From positions 1 through 64,000 of the forward strand of contig CAWVVV010000004.1 in the NCBI GenBank assembly GCA_963933835.1: a stretch of DNA of 64,000 nt, written 5' to 3'. The position numbers and the translations under genes were made by a program. Below, piece by piece: positions 1 through 8,710 of the stretch (the stretch's first letter is position 1; every line of letters begins with the position of its first letter). Origin of the DNA: an uncultured Puniceicoccaceae bacterium. Its GTDB lineage: Bacteria > Verrucomicrobiota > Verrucomicrobiia > Opitutales > Oceanipulchritudinaceae. The notes beneath the pieces were generated by a model, which was not told where the DNA came from, made no database searches, and saw nothing but the letters and a program-made list of their open reading frames with translations.

Positions 1-368
1 ATGCTCCTCCAACAGCTAAAACACTGGTATTCAGAGACCAAACACTAGCCTTAGCTAGGACAGCCCCTTTATATATTTTGTTGCCGGGAGTTATGTTTAA
101 TGGGAAATAATGTTGTGCCGTCTCGTAGATTATGAGCAGATTTGGTCAATAAACTGGGTAACTGATTTAGGATGGGTTAAATTGATGTGATGGTTGATTG
201 GTAACCAGGTTAAGCAGGCCGAGCGCCAGGTGCAATCTGGATGTTTATCTTCCTGGATGGGCAACAAGGGAAAACATGCCCCAACGGCCGGACTGGTATG
301 ATTCCCTTGCCCGACACTGGGGAGGCTTTTCACAAAATTGAACGGCCGTATTATTTCTTCCCTCCTGC

Positions 369-1793
369 TTACTCTGAGGCAAAGCGGATGTCCATCACTT
401 TGAGAGGTGTGGGGTTTCCATATTCCTTTGTTTTCAGGACATACAATATGGAAAGCACCTTTTCTCGATTGAAACGCGCAAGATCGACTTGGGGCTCGCT
501 CGAAATCGCTTGGTCTGAAAGTTCGGGGACATCCAGTTCACCCCAATTACGCCAAAGGTCGTTTTCACCAGCATAGGCAATCAGGAATCTGTTTTGAAAT
601 GAAAAAACCAGAAATAGAGTTGAGTCCGAGTCGACTACAAGCTCGGGCCGCAATCCCGTGTATTTCAACTGGTTTGAATGCCATTCCCCATTTAAATCCC
701 TCCAATGATGATGGTATCGCATGGCTTCTGAGAAGGGTTGGCTGGAATCCGGGGCTGATATCGGGAGATGACTTTGAACGAGGTGCACCCGCCCCAGCTT
801 GTCTATAGTCATGGCGCTCGTGTTGGAAAGACTTCGCCATTGTGAGATGGGGATGACAACTATTCCGGGTGAATCTACCGTAATTACCGGTTCATGTCCG
901 GTTCTGGCGATTAATTCACCATCATTATTGCGCCAGGTCAGGCCGTCATCATCACTGTATGCATAACAAATATCATGATTCGAAATACTTCCATAGTGCT
1001 CCCGGAAAACCCAGGTGACATGTAATCTGCCAGTATGATCATAGATGAACCGGTCAAAATAGGCATTCCGGGAATGAGTCGTTCCTTCTTTCCCTTCATA
1101 GATGCCTTTTCGGGAAACAAACATTCCCAAGTCTTTCCATTTGTGCTGCCTTCCATCGTACTTGAAAAGCACGGAATCCCCATCCCCGGAGGTTCCCATT
1201 CTGAAGATAAAAAGAAGATGGCCTTCCGGAGTTGTAACGAATCTTGGATACGTTACACCATTTACACGCAAACCGGAAAGTGAGGAAACTACCGGTCCAA
1301 ACAATTCCCCATCCCATTCATAATTCTCGGGATTGGATAAAATACCCGGTTTTGAACTAGCATAATTCAATGTGGAAACATGGTGATCAAATGACAAATG
1401 AAGCGTGCCATCCAACGGGCACACACCAAGGGAAATTGTGTTGTGGCTGTCATTGGAGTGGATTGTGTAATCTTTGATTTCCGCGATTTCCCATCCATCT
1501 GAAGGCAGCTTTCGTCGCCCAACGGCCATCTTCCGATCGCCTGTATAATAGGCCATATACTGCCAACCATTTTGGGTAACAATGGAATCCTGCTGGAAAG
1601 TCAGCCCCGTCATGGTGCCGGGAAATGGATACAGCGAGGATATGGTTAATGTTTCTTCATTAATAATCGTGTCTGAAAGGATTTTGGCACTCAATCCAGG
1701 GGGATTTTCACAAGTTGAAGCGGATGCATCAACCCCCCCCAATTGTCCTGCCATGCCCAATGAAAGTAAGATGTAGATTGGTTTTAGTTTCAT
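369..1793 (-). CDS. Secreted BNR-4 repeat beta-propeller protein, candidate polysaccharide lyase (PL24/PL25-like)
   Basis: 474 aa with signal peptide; BNR-4-type motifs FQQDSIVTQNGWQY, DSHNTISLG..DGTLHLSFDHH, TYPRF, and Asp-box YAYSDDDGLTW. Confidence 0.7.
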   Translation of the reverse strand: MKLKPIYILLSLGMAGQLGGVDASASTCENPPGLSAKILSDTIINEETLTISSLYPFPGTMTGLTFQQDSIVTQNGWQYMAYYTGDRKMAVGRRKLPSDGWEIAEIKDYTIHSNDSHNTISLGVCPLDGTLHLSFDHHVSTLNYASSKPGILSNPENYEWDGELFGPVVSSLSGLRVNGVTYPRFVTTPEGHLLFIFRMGTSGDGDSVLFKYDGRQHKWKDLGMFVSRKGIYEGKEGTTHSRNAYFDRFIYDHTGRLHVTWVFREHYGSISNHDICYAYSDDDGLTWRNNDGELIARTGHEPVITVDSPGIVVIPISQWRSLSNTSAMTIDKLGRVHLVQSHLPISAPDSSQPFSEAMRYHHHWRDLNGEWHSNQLKYTGLRPELVVDSDSTLFLVFSFQNRFLIAYAGENDLWRNWGELDVPELSDQAISSEPQVDLARFNREKVLSILYVLKTKEYGNPTPLKVMDIRFASE

Positions 1794-2096
1794 AATATTA
1801 TTCCGATATTTAAGCAGTTTATACTACCGGGATCCGGTTACGCAAGGGCGTTCACTTCGGTCCACTCGGCGTTTGCCATCCAGCCAGTTGCCACTCCCAT
1901 CTTCATCTATCAAACCAAAACAAAACAGAAAAAAATCAGGTTCATCGTGAACGTTTGCGGAAAGGTCGATCCCTGTTCGCTCGGATGAAATCCACAACTT
2001 TGTCCGTGACGATACAATCGTTGTGATTTAGATTGACGACGTCCTTGCATTGTTATCAAGAAGAATTTACTTAATTTAAACACAAACTGGAATCAT

Positions 2097-3935
2097 GTGA
2101 GCACATACAAATCTCCTCGTAATAGAAATTTAAAGAGGCGTCTTTGCCTTTTGGGCGTCGGTCTGTGCATGAGTGCGGCAACGGCGGTTTTGGGAGAGGG
2201 AGCCGGTCCGGCTTTTATCATCGACGCATCGGTCACCGAGGCCCAGCCAATTGGCAACCGCTTCAGCAACGTCAGTGTATGGAGCTTCCTGGGAACCTCC
2301 GCGGATGAGAAGATGTTCCATGAGTGGTCGGAAGCGAAGCCGGCCGGCTGGCTTAACAAGACTTATCCCTGGCTGGAAGAGATTCAGGTCTTCATCGCCT
2401 CCGGAGGATCCTATCTGGAGTACCCCAGGCAGGCAGGAGACACCGCAGCCTCGGAATTCGATCGGGACCTCTTCAAGGATCCAGCGGACCGTACGGTTTT
2501 GGACGACTATGATTTTTCCGCTCTGGTCCGTGCCTGCCACAACATGCTCCGGCAAGGGGTCAAGCCCGTACTCAAGCTGCACTGTGTTCCTCTTAAATAC
2601 TCCTCCCAGCCGGATATCGACTGGTTTCGGGTGAACACCCGTCCGCCTGACGATTACGAGGTGTATGCCGACTATATATCCGCCCTGGTGGAGTCCATGG
2701 TGGATGCCTTTGGAGGTCCCGAAGTGTCCACCTGGCGCTGGTATGTCGGGACAGAATTCGATAACCAGACCTGGTGGGAGGCCGAAGACGAAACCGCTGA
2801 GTCGACAGCCGAAGAGTTTCTCAAGTTCTACGACTGGTCGGTGTTCGCCGTGGAGCGTGTCCTTGGGGAAAATTGCGGTCCGATTGGTTCACATGCCATG
2901 ATGGGAGGCCGGCAAATGTGGGATCCGGAAATCTTTTTTGCACACTGTCAATCAGGAAGGAATTTCGCCACAGGAAAGCGCGGAACCCGGCTTGATGTTT
3001 TCGCAATCTCCGAATACGACCGCGCAGCCGTTGATTTGACATCCATTAAGGGAAGTTGGCCGGAGTTGAAAGGCAGCGGTAATGTGCTCGCTTCATTGGA
3101 CCGCTTCCGTGGCGGGGTGCACATTCGCGCCAATGCAAATCTTCCCGGTTTTGAGAAGAAAGCAGAGCTGACAAGGAAGGTGATGGGAAAATACGGATTT
3201 GGCGGTGTTCCCATTGAGGTGAGTGAAGGCGGCATGACTTACGGGACCGACGGCAAGTGGCTCTGGCATGGCCTGGCTCATGGAGGTTCTTTTGATGCAA
3301 GCTGGACGGCACTCTCTTTCCGAAAGATGCTGGATCAGGAAGTCGCCCTTTGGTCGAGGTGGCCCATCTACCGGACGAGTGGCCTTTTCAGCGGTCCGGA
3401 GCTGGCAGCGACCAACGCAATCCGGTTAATGGACCGGATGTCGGGTGACCGGAGAATTCCTGTCCAGGCTTCTGGGAAGGCTGCTAGCGAGATCGTGGCC
3501 AGTTTATCCTCGGACCGGAAAACCGTACGCGTACTGGCCTTTAATCACGCCCCGGATCTGGAGAATCCGAATCCAACGGAGACGCTTGAGCTGGATTTAC
3601 GCAATGTGCCCCTTGAAGGCAAAGTCAGTGTCACGGTTTGGCGCGTTGATGAGGATCATGCTGATTTCTGGCCCCAGTGGGAGGAGGACCGTACCGCGTA
3701 TGGCATCACGGACGCTGACTATTACCAGTCGCGTGACCAGCCTGATCCGGCTCACGCCTTGCTGAAGGAAGAGCACATCGATTTCTGGAAAAGCAAAGAC
3801 TCCGCATACAGCAAGTTGGCTGAACTGGAGAAAGCATCCGTGCAATTTCATCGGGTTGAGGAGGGTCAGTTAAATCTGAAACTTGAGATGCCCTGTTTTG
3901 CAGTGGCCCTGATTGAGATCGGTGAGATGCCTTAA
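2097..3935 (+). CDS. Secreted glycoside hydrolase, GH39-like (clan GH-A)
   Basis: 612 aa with signal peptide; YDFSAL..GVKP, PPDDY, WYVGTEFDN (acid/base E), IEVSEGG (nucleophile E), C-terminal beta-sandwich with WRVDEDH. Confidence 0.7.
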   Translation: MSTYKSPRNRNLKRRLCLLGVGLCMSAATAVLGEGAGPAFIIDASVTEAQPIGNRFSNVSVWSFLGTSADEKMFHEWSEAKPAGWLNKTYPWLEEIQVFIASGGSYLEYPRQAGDTAASEFDRDLFKDPADRTVLDDYDFSALVRACHNMLRQGVKPVLKLHCVPLKYSSQPDIDWFRVNTRPPDDYEVYADYISALVESMVDAFGGPEVSTWRWYVGTEFDNQTWWEAEDETAESTAEEFLKFYDWSVFAVERVLGENCGPIGSHAMMGGRQMWDPEIFFAHCQSGRNFATGKRGTRLDVFAISEYDRAAVDLTSIKGSWPELKGSGNVLASLDRFRGGVHIRANANLPGFEKKAELTRKVMGKYGFGGVPIEVSEGGMTYGTDGKWLWHGLAHGGSFDASWTALSFRKMLDQEVALWSRWPIYRTSGLFSGPELAATNAIRLMDRMSGDRRIPVQASGKAASEIVASLSSDRKTVRVLAFNHAPDLENPNPTETLELDLRNVPLEGKVSVTVWRVDEDHADFWPQWEEDRTAYGITDADYYQSRDQPDPAHALLKEEHIDFWKSKDSAYSKLAELEKASVQFHRVEEGQLNLKLEMPCFAVALIEIGEMP

Positions 3936-3943
3936 ATACGATT

Positions 3944-5455
3944 ATGAAAAGACGATTCTTTACCTCATTCATTTTCGGGACAGTGCTGGTGGCCTTGGCC
4001 ACTGCATCCCAGCCCAATATTCTGCTCATTACGGTTGATGACATGAACTTCGACACGCCGGGCTGCTTCGGCGGCCCGGATGGCATAACCCCGAACATTG
4101 ACAAGCTGGCGGAGCAGGGGATGCGCTTTGAAAAGGCACACATTACACTGGCCATCTGCCAGGCCTCCCGGCAGGTCCTGATGACTGGACGCTTTCCCCA
4201 CAATGCGGGTTATCGCTGGTTTGAACCGGTGGCGGACGGGGTTCCGATCCTTCCGGAAATTCTACACGAGCAGGGCTATATGAATGCCTGCTTCGGAAAG
4301 GCGGAGCATTTGGAGCCGCGGAGTCGCTACCAGTGGGAAATGAGCCGCGATATCGAAGAAATCAAGTTTGGCCGTGAACCGGCGGAATACGGGCGGCTTT
4401 GCCGGGAGTTTATTAAGAGGGCGGATACTGTCGGAAAACCCTTTTTCCTGATGGCCAACAGCCATGATCCCCACCGACCCTTTCATGGGGGCTCAGATGA
4501 GGAGAACGTTCTGGCATGGGCAAAGTCCCAGGGTGGAATCATGTCTACACCTAGTCGTGTTTACACGCCAGATGAAGCCATGGAATTGGGATTTCTTCCC
4601 GATATTCCCGAGGTGCGCAAACAGACGGCTCAGTACATGAGTTCGAGTAGGCGCGCCGACGACACGGTGGGTGAGATCCTACGTGCCCTCGAAGAAACTG
4701 GGCACGAAAATGATACGTTGGTTGTTTTCCTCTCTGATAATGGTTCGCCATTTCCATTCGCGAAGGGGAATTGCTACCTGAATAGTACGCGTACTCCCTT
4801 CATCGTACGGTGGACCGGAAAGGTAAAACCGGGCACTGAAAGTCGAGACGCTTACATCAATGGGATCGACTTCATGCCGACAATTTTAGAGGCACTCGGA
4901 ATTCCAATTCCGGAAGGTACCGACGGGCGCAGCTACCTTTCTTTGATTGAAGGAAAAACCCAGACCGATCGCGATTCGTTGGTAACCGTCTTTTACAACG
5001 TTTACCCGGTGGCGGGTGGAAAGAAGCCGGAGCTGACCACATGGTATGAAATTCGGGCAATCCATAAGGGCGATTATGCCTATATTTACAATGGCTGGGC
5101 ACAGGGCGAACGCTGGTTCGGGCCTTTGGGCACCCCGGAGATCTTGAATGAGATGAACGAAACCGGCCATGAAGGGCGGGTGGAATTCTTCCGCAAACGT
5201 TCCATCGAAGAGCTGTATGACTTTGAAGCCGATCCCGACGGTCTTCACAACCTCGCTGAATTGCCCGTCTACCAGCCCTTGATACGGGAGATGCGTGAAG
5301 ACCTTCTTCAGTGGATGCGGGACAACAAGGATTCGGATTTGCTACCGGAATATGAAATTCTGGTGCGTAATGATGGAATCACGACAGATTTTCCTTTTGG
5401 AAAGGGGTACTTGTTCGATAAAGGTTTGAATGCGCATTCGTCGGATAGGAAATAA
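3944..5455 (+). CDS. Formylglycine-dependent S1 sulfatase (N-sulfoglucosamine sulfohydrolase-like)
   Basis: PNILLITVDD, TPNIDKLA, CQASR..LMTGR (CxAxR), DPHRP, FLSDNG, ELYD; signal peptide. Confidence 0.9.
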   Translation: MKRRFFTSFIFGTVLVALATASQPNILLITVDDMNFDTPGCFGGPDGITPNIDKLAEQGMRFEKAHITLAICQASRQVLMTGRFPHNAGYRWFEPVADGVPILPEILHEQGYMNACFGKAEHLEPRSRYQWEMSRDIEEIKFGREPAEYGRLCREFIKRADTVGKPFFLMANSHDPHRPFHGGSDEENVLAWAKSQGGIMSTPSRVYTPDEAMELGFLPDIPEVRKQTAQYMSSSRRADDTVGEILRALEETGHENDTLVVFLSDNGSPFPFAKGNCYLNSTRTPFIVRWTGKVKPGTESRDAYINGIDFMPTILEALGIPIPEGTDGRSYLSLIEGKTQTDRDSLVTVFYNVYPVAGGKKPELTTWYEIRAIHKGDYAYIYNGWAQGERWFGPLGTPEILNEMNETGHEGRVEFFRKRSIEELYDFEADPDGLHNLAELPVYQPLIREMREDLLQWMRDNKDSDLLPEYEILVRNDGITTDFPFGKGYLFDKGLNAHSSDRK

Positions 5456-5522
5456 ACGGATACGGTTAAAATGGTAACTGTTAACCTCCCACACTTCTTG
5501 CTTATTATTCATTATTCAGTAT

Positions 5523-5650
5523 GGGTCTAATACCCCGCCGCTTGCGGCGTTCTCAAATTTTCAATATTCAATTCTTAATCTTAAATACCCCGCTAACGCG
5601 AAGCGTTGGTTGACCGGTAGGTCAATGGCTTGCCCCGGGGATCCTTTATT
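5523..5650. mobile_element. Non-autonomous hairpin element resembling IS200/IS605-type ends (MITE-like)
   Basis: AATACCCCGC occurs twice; hairpins CGCCGC-TT-GCGGCG and CCCCG...GGCTTGCC.CCGGGG around an AT-rich spacer; no ORF of its own. Confidence 0.45.
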
Positions 5651-5677
5651 CGCGATTCAGTATTTCGTAGCGAGACG

Positions 5678-6898
5678 ATGGAAGACGCAGATCATAACTC
5701 CGAACAGTCGCAGCATCTTGAAAAGCTCACGACTAACGACCCTTTTCTAGAGGCATTGACCGAACTATTGCCGGTAAACCTCTTCGTTAAGGATTTGGAA
5801 GGTCGCTACCTGTATGTGAATAGTAGCTTCGCGGCCAAAACCCGACTCCCGGATAAAGCCTCGATCATTGGGAAAATGCCATCGGAGGTCTTTACTTCCG
5901 CACACGGCGCAATTTCCGAAAAGGAGGATCGAGAGATCCTTAAAGCCGGCGAATCCATCATCAATCGCGAAACCCACAACCGAGGCCTGGACGGCAACCA
6001 GAGTTACGAGATCATTTCTAAAATTTGCGTGCGCGACAGCCAGGGGCACAACCTCGGCATCGCCGGTTACACGCTCGACATCACCCGACGTAAGCTCAAC
6101 GAAAACAAACTCGATGAGCTGAATAAAAAGCTGGAGTCGCAAAACAAGCGCTACGAAGAGGAACTCTCTCTCGGGCGTGAGGTGCAAAAGGTTTTCGTCA
6201 AGCTCAAGCTACCCGCACCAGAGCAAGCGCTTGATATCGGCTACCACTACCAACCTTCCGAAAAACTCAGCGGCGATCTGATCATCGCGGAACCGATTGA
6301 TGATGATCGCTGGGCAATCCTGGTTTGCGACGTCATGGGGCACGGGATACGCTCCGCCCTCGTTACTGGCATCCTGCGTGGCTTCTACGACGAGCACAAG
6401 TCCGGCATGTCCGATCCCGCCGCCTTCGTCACCCGCCTCAACCTGCACTACAACTCCTTACTCAAGGGGCTCGACACCATCCTCTTTACCACATTGACCT
6501 GTGGTATTCTCAACCTTTCCAACGGAGAGATGACGATGACCTGCGCCGGACACCATGATCCCCTCTGGTTCCGTTCCAGCACGGGCGACTTTGTCTCGAA
6601 AGATGCCCGCATCCTCACGCCGAATCCCGCCATCGGACTACTCGAAGAGTTCAGCTACACAGCGTCGACGCACACGCTTGAAGACGGCGACTCGATCATG
6701 TTCTTCACCGATGGTCTGACTGAGGCTTGCTCCGCCGAGGGCGAAGAGTTTGGCGTCGACCCGATACGCACGATCATGCAGGAGTGTGCCCAAAGCAGCC
6801 AAAGCCAAGAACTCATCGATGCGATCGTCGCGCGAGTGCATACATTTGCCGAGAAGATCGACGACGATATTTCACTCCTCCTGCTGAAAAAACGATAA
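5678..6898 (+). CDS. PAS-domain SpoIIE/RsbU-family PP2C phosphatase
   Basis: PAS (FVKDLEGRYLYVN), coiled coil, PP2C motifs LSGD, CDVMGHG, CAGH, FFTDGL, DDIS; ATG at 5678 preferred over the TTG inside the upstream element. Confidence 0.9.
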   Translation: MEDADHNSEQSQHLEKLTTNDPFLEALTELLPVNLFVKDLEGRYLYVNSSFAAKTRLPDKASIIGKMPSEVFTSAHGAISEKEDREILKAGESIINRETHNRGLDGNQSYEIISKICVRDSQGHNLGIAGYTLDITRRKLNENKLDELNKKLESQNKRYEEELSLGREVQKVFVKLKLPAPEQALDIGYHYQPSEKLSGDLIIAEPIDDDRWAILVCDVMGHGIRSALVTGILRGFYDEHKSGMSDPAAFVTRLNLHYNSLLKGLDTILFTTLTCGILNLSNGEMTMTCAGHHDPLWFRSSTGDFVSKDARILTPNPAIGLLEEFSYTASTHTLEDGDSIMFFTDGLTEACSAEGEEFGVDPIRTIMQECAQSSQSQELIDAIVARVHTFAEKIDDDISLLLLKKR

Positions 6899-7241
6899 GA
6901 TGGCATGCAGTGTCATCACCGCTGTCTGCTTTCCTGAACCAGATTTGAGCGGAAATGGGCACCAAACGCAAATCCGAGCGACGCGTCCGGCGTAATGCAA
7001 TGAAGACGGAAGCGACCACCCTCATGTAAAGATCCTATGCGTTTTAAAAATGATGAACGCTTCGGCTAGAGCAAAGCGGACGTGAGATCTTTACTACAGG
7101 TGGAACTGGGAGCAGGGGAGTGTGGTCAAATCTTTATATTTTGCGTTTTCCGGAAAGTAACGATGCCCGCTTAGCCCGCGCCAGCGGGTGGGAGTTTAAT
7201 TCCCAGATTGCATAGAAGCGGCTGGTTGCATCACCGAGCGA

Positions 7242-7355
7242 AGCAAAAAAGGGGTCAAACGTTTAAAGTAAATATTGTGCTGAATTGCCTCCTTAATCTT
7301 CCCTGACTACAGCTACAACGACAGTCTCGTCACTGTGTTTATGGCAACGGTATCG
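7242..7355 (+). repeat. ~115-bp direct repeat, copy 1 (starts with the GCAAAAAAGGGGTCAAA motif)
   Basis: Aligns to 12153-12273 with a 6-nt and a 1-nt deletion plus a few substitutions. Confidence 0.95.
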
Positions 7356-7443
7356 TGGGTGGGCAAACAGACCGCTGTTCGAACCTATTCACGAGAGATG
7401 GGGATCCTAGGAGGACGCTCTTCGAACTCGAGAGTTTAGGAAA

Positions 7444-8644
7444 TGGTCAAATCTTTGGATGTATTAGATGTTAATTACGCTGCTTTTTCTTCCTCCTTCC
7501 GATCGTCGCGATAATAGTAATTTAAGAGCCCGCCGAGCCGTTCACTTTTCTGGATCAGTCCGCTCTGAGAGCCATTTTGGGGTAGAGTAGGGAAGGGAAT
7601 GCGATTCTCGAGCCCTTGATGATTTCGTTCATGATGAAAGTGCTCCAGGTATTCACTGATCGCTCTCCGTAGCGATTTCTGGCCGAAGAAAATGAGATGG
7701 TTAAGGTACTCTCGTTTGATTGTTGCCACGAAGCTCTCGGCGTATCCGTTTTGTTGAGGACAGCCAACCCGCGTCTGGATGACTTCAACACCACAATCGC
7801 TTAGTGTCTGTCTGTATACTTTGGTGAAAAGCGAATCATGATCGCAGACGAAATACTCTATTCCTTTTAGGAAGCCATCGAACGGATCGGTCAAATTGCG
7901 AGCCAACTGCTCCATCACCTGTCCGTTGATTTGGCAACCAATGTGAACGATCTGCACCTGTCTTTGAGCGAACTTCATGACGAAGAAGACTTGATAGCGA
8001 ACAAGTGCTCGCAATGTCCAGACTTCAACAGTGAAGAAGTCTGCGACAGCCGTCACATCGATATGTGAGCGAATAAATCGCTGCCAATTGCTCGGCATTT
8101 GTCGCTCAGGGGCAGGAACAATACCCGCATCTCTCAATATGTTGCCGACCGTTGTGGTGCTGACCTCAAATCCAAGGTTGAAGAGTGCCCCCTGAATCCG
8201 GCCATAGCCCCATTCAGGATTCTCAGAGGCGAACTTAACGCAGAGCTCTTTGATTTCTTCCATCCGCTTTCGACGAAAAGGATTTCTGCGTTTAGCTGTA
8301 TACTTCAGAGCAACGAACTTTCGATGCCATGCGAGGATGGTCTCCGGCCTGACGAGGTTAGCGTACTGATGCAGTCCCTTCCATCCAAGCTTCCTGCCTT
8401 TCTTCGCCAGATTACGTCTCTGCGCGTTCGTAAATCGTAGCTTCTTTCCCGAAGCATCAAGCTGACCTTTGAGAATACGATTTTCTTCAAGCAGATACTC
8501 GATAACAAACTGCTGCTTGCGGTTCATCCATCCCGCCATGGCCGTGAGGAAGATCAAAGCTTGCGCGTTCATGGATAGGATCGTTCAATAATTAAATCGG
8601 CACGCAAGCCGCATATTCGTTGCACTGATCCTATAATTGAACCC
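7444..8644 (-). mobile_element. IS-like element carrying an integrase-core (rve) DDE transposase
   Basis: Transposase ORF; weak imperfect inverted repeats at 7445-7460 and 8628-8643 (11/16 match), so boundaries are uncertain. Confidence 0.55.
7475..8572 (-). CDS. Integrase-core-domain (rve) DDE transposase, IS481/IS3-related
   Basis: VRPETILAWHRK, NPEWGYGRIQGAL HTH, DDE residues in ADFFTV, CDHDSLF and NGYAESFV, C-terminal RLGGLLNYY. Confidence 0.9.
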   Translation of the reverse strand: MNAQALIFLTAMAGWMNRKQQFVIEYLLEENRILKGQLDASGKKLRFTNAQRRNLAKKGRKLGWKGLHQYANLVRPETILAWHRKFVALKYTAKRRNPFRRKRMEEIKELCVKFASENPEWGYGRIQGALFNLGFEVSTTTVGNILRDAGIVPAPERQMPSNWQRFIRSHIDVTAVADFFTVEVWTLRALVRYQVFFVMKFAQRQVQIVHIGCQINGQVMEQLARNLTDPFDGFLKGIEYFVCDHDSLFTKVYRQTLSDCGVEVIQTRVGCPQQNGYAESFVATIKREYLNHLIFFGQKSLRRAISEYLEHFHHERNHQGLENRIPFPTLPQNGSQSGLIQKSERLGGLLNYYYRDDRKEEEKAA

Positions 8645-8710
8645 CTCAGGATTGCTCCTACAGGTGAGACCCTGAGCTCGCTGCGTGCGAACCAGTCACT
8701 CCGATCCTCC

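Noticed and set aside
2014..2024. ACAATCGTTGT as a LacI-type operator between the divergent carbohydrate genes
   Set aside because: Short, not symmetric about a central CG, and no cognate regulator in the window
7135..7241. Minus-strand peptide SLGDATSRFYAIWE as the C-terminal remnant of a secreted protein
   Set aside because: Too short and no stop at the expected place; cannot be told from chance
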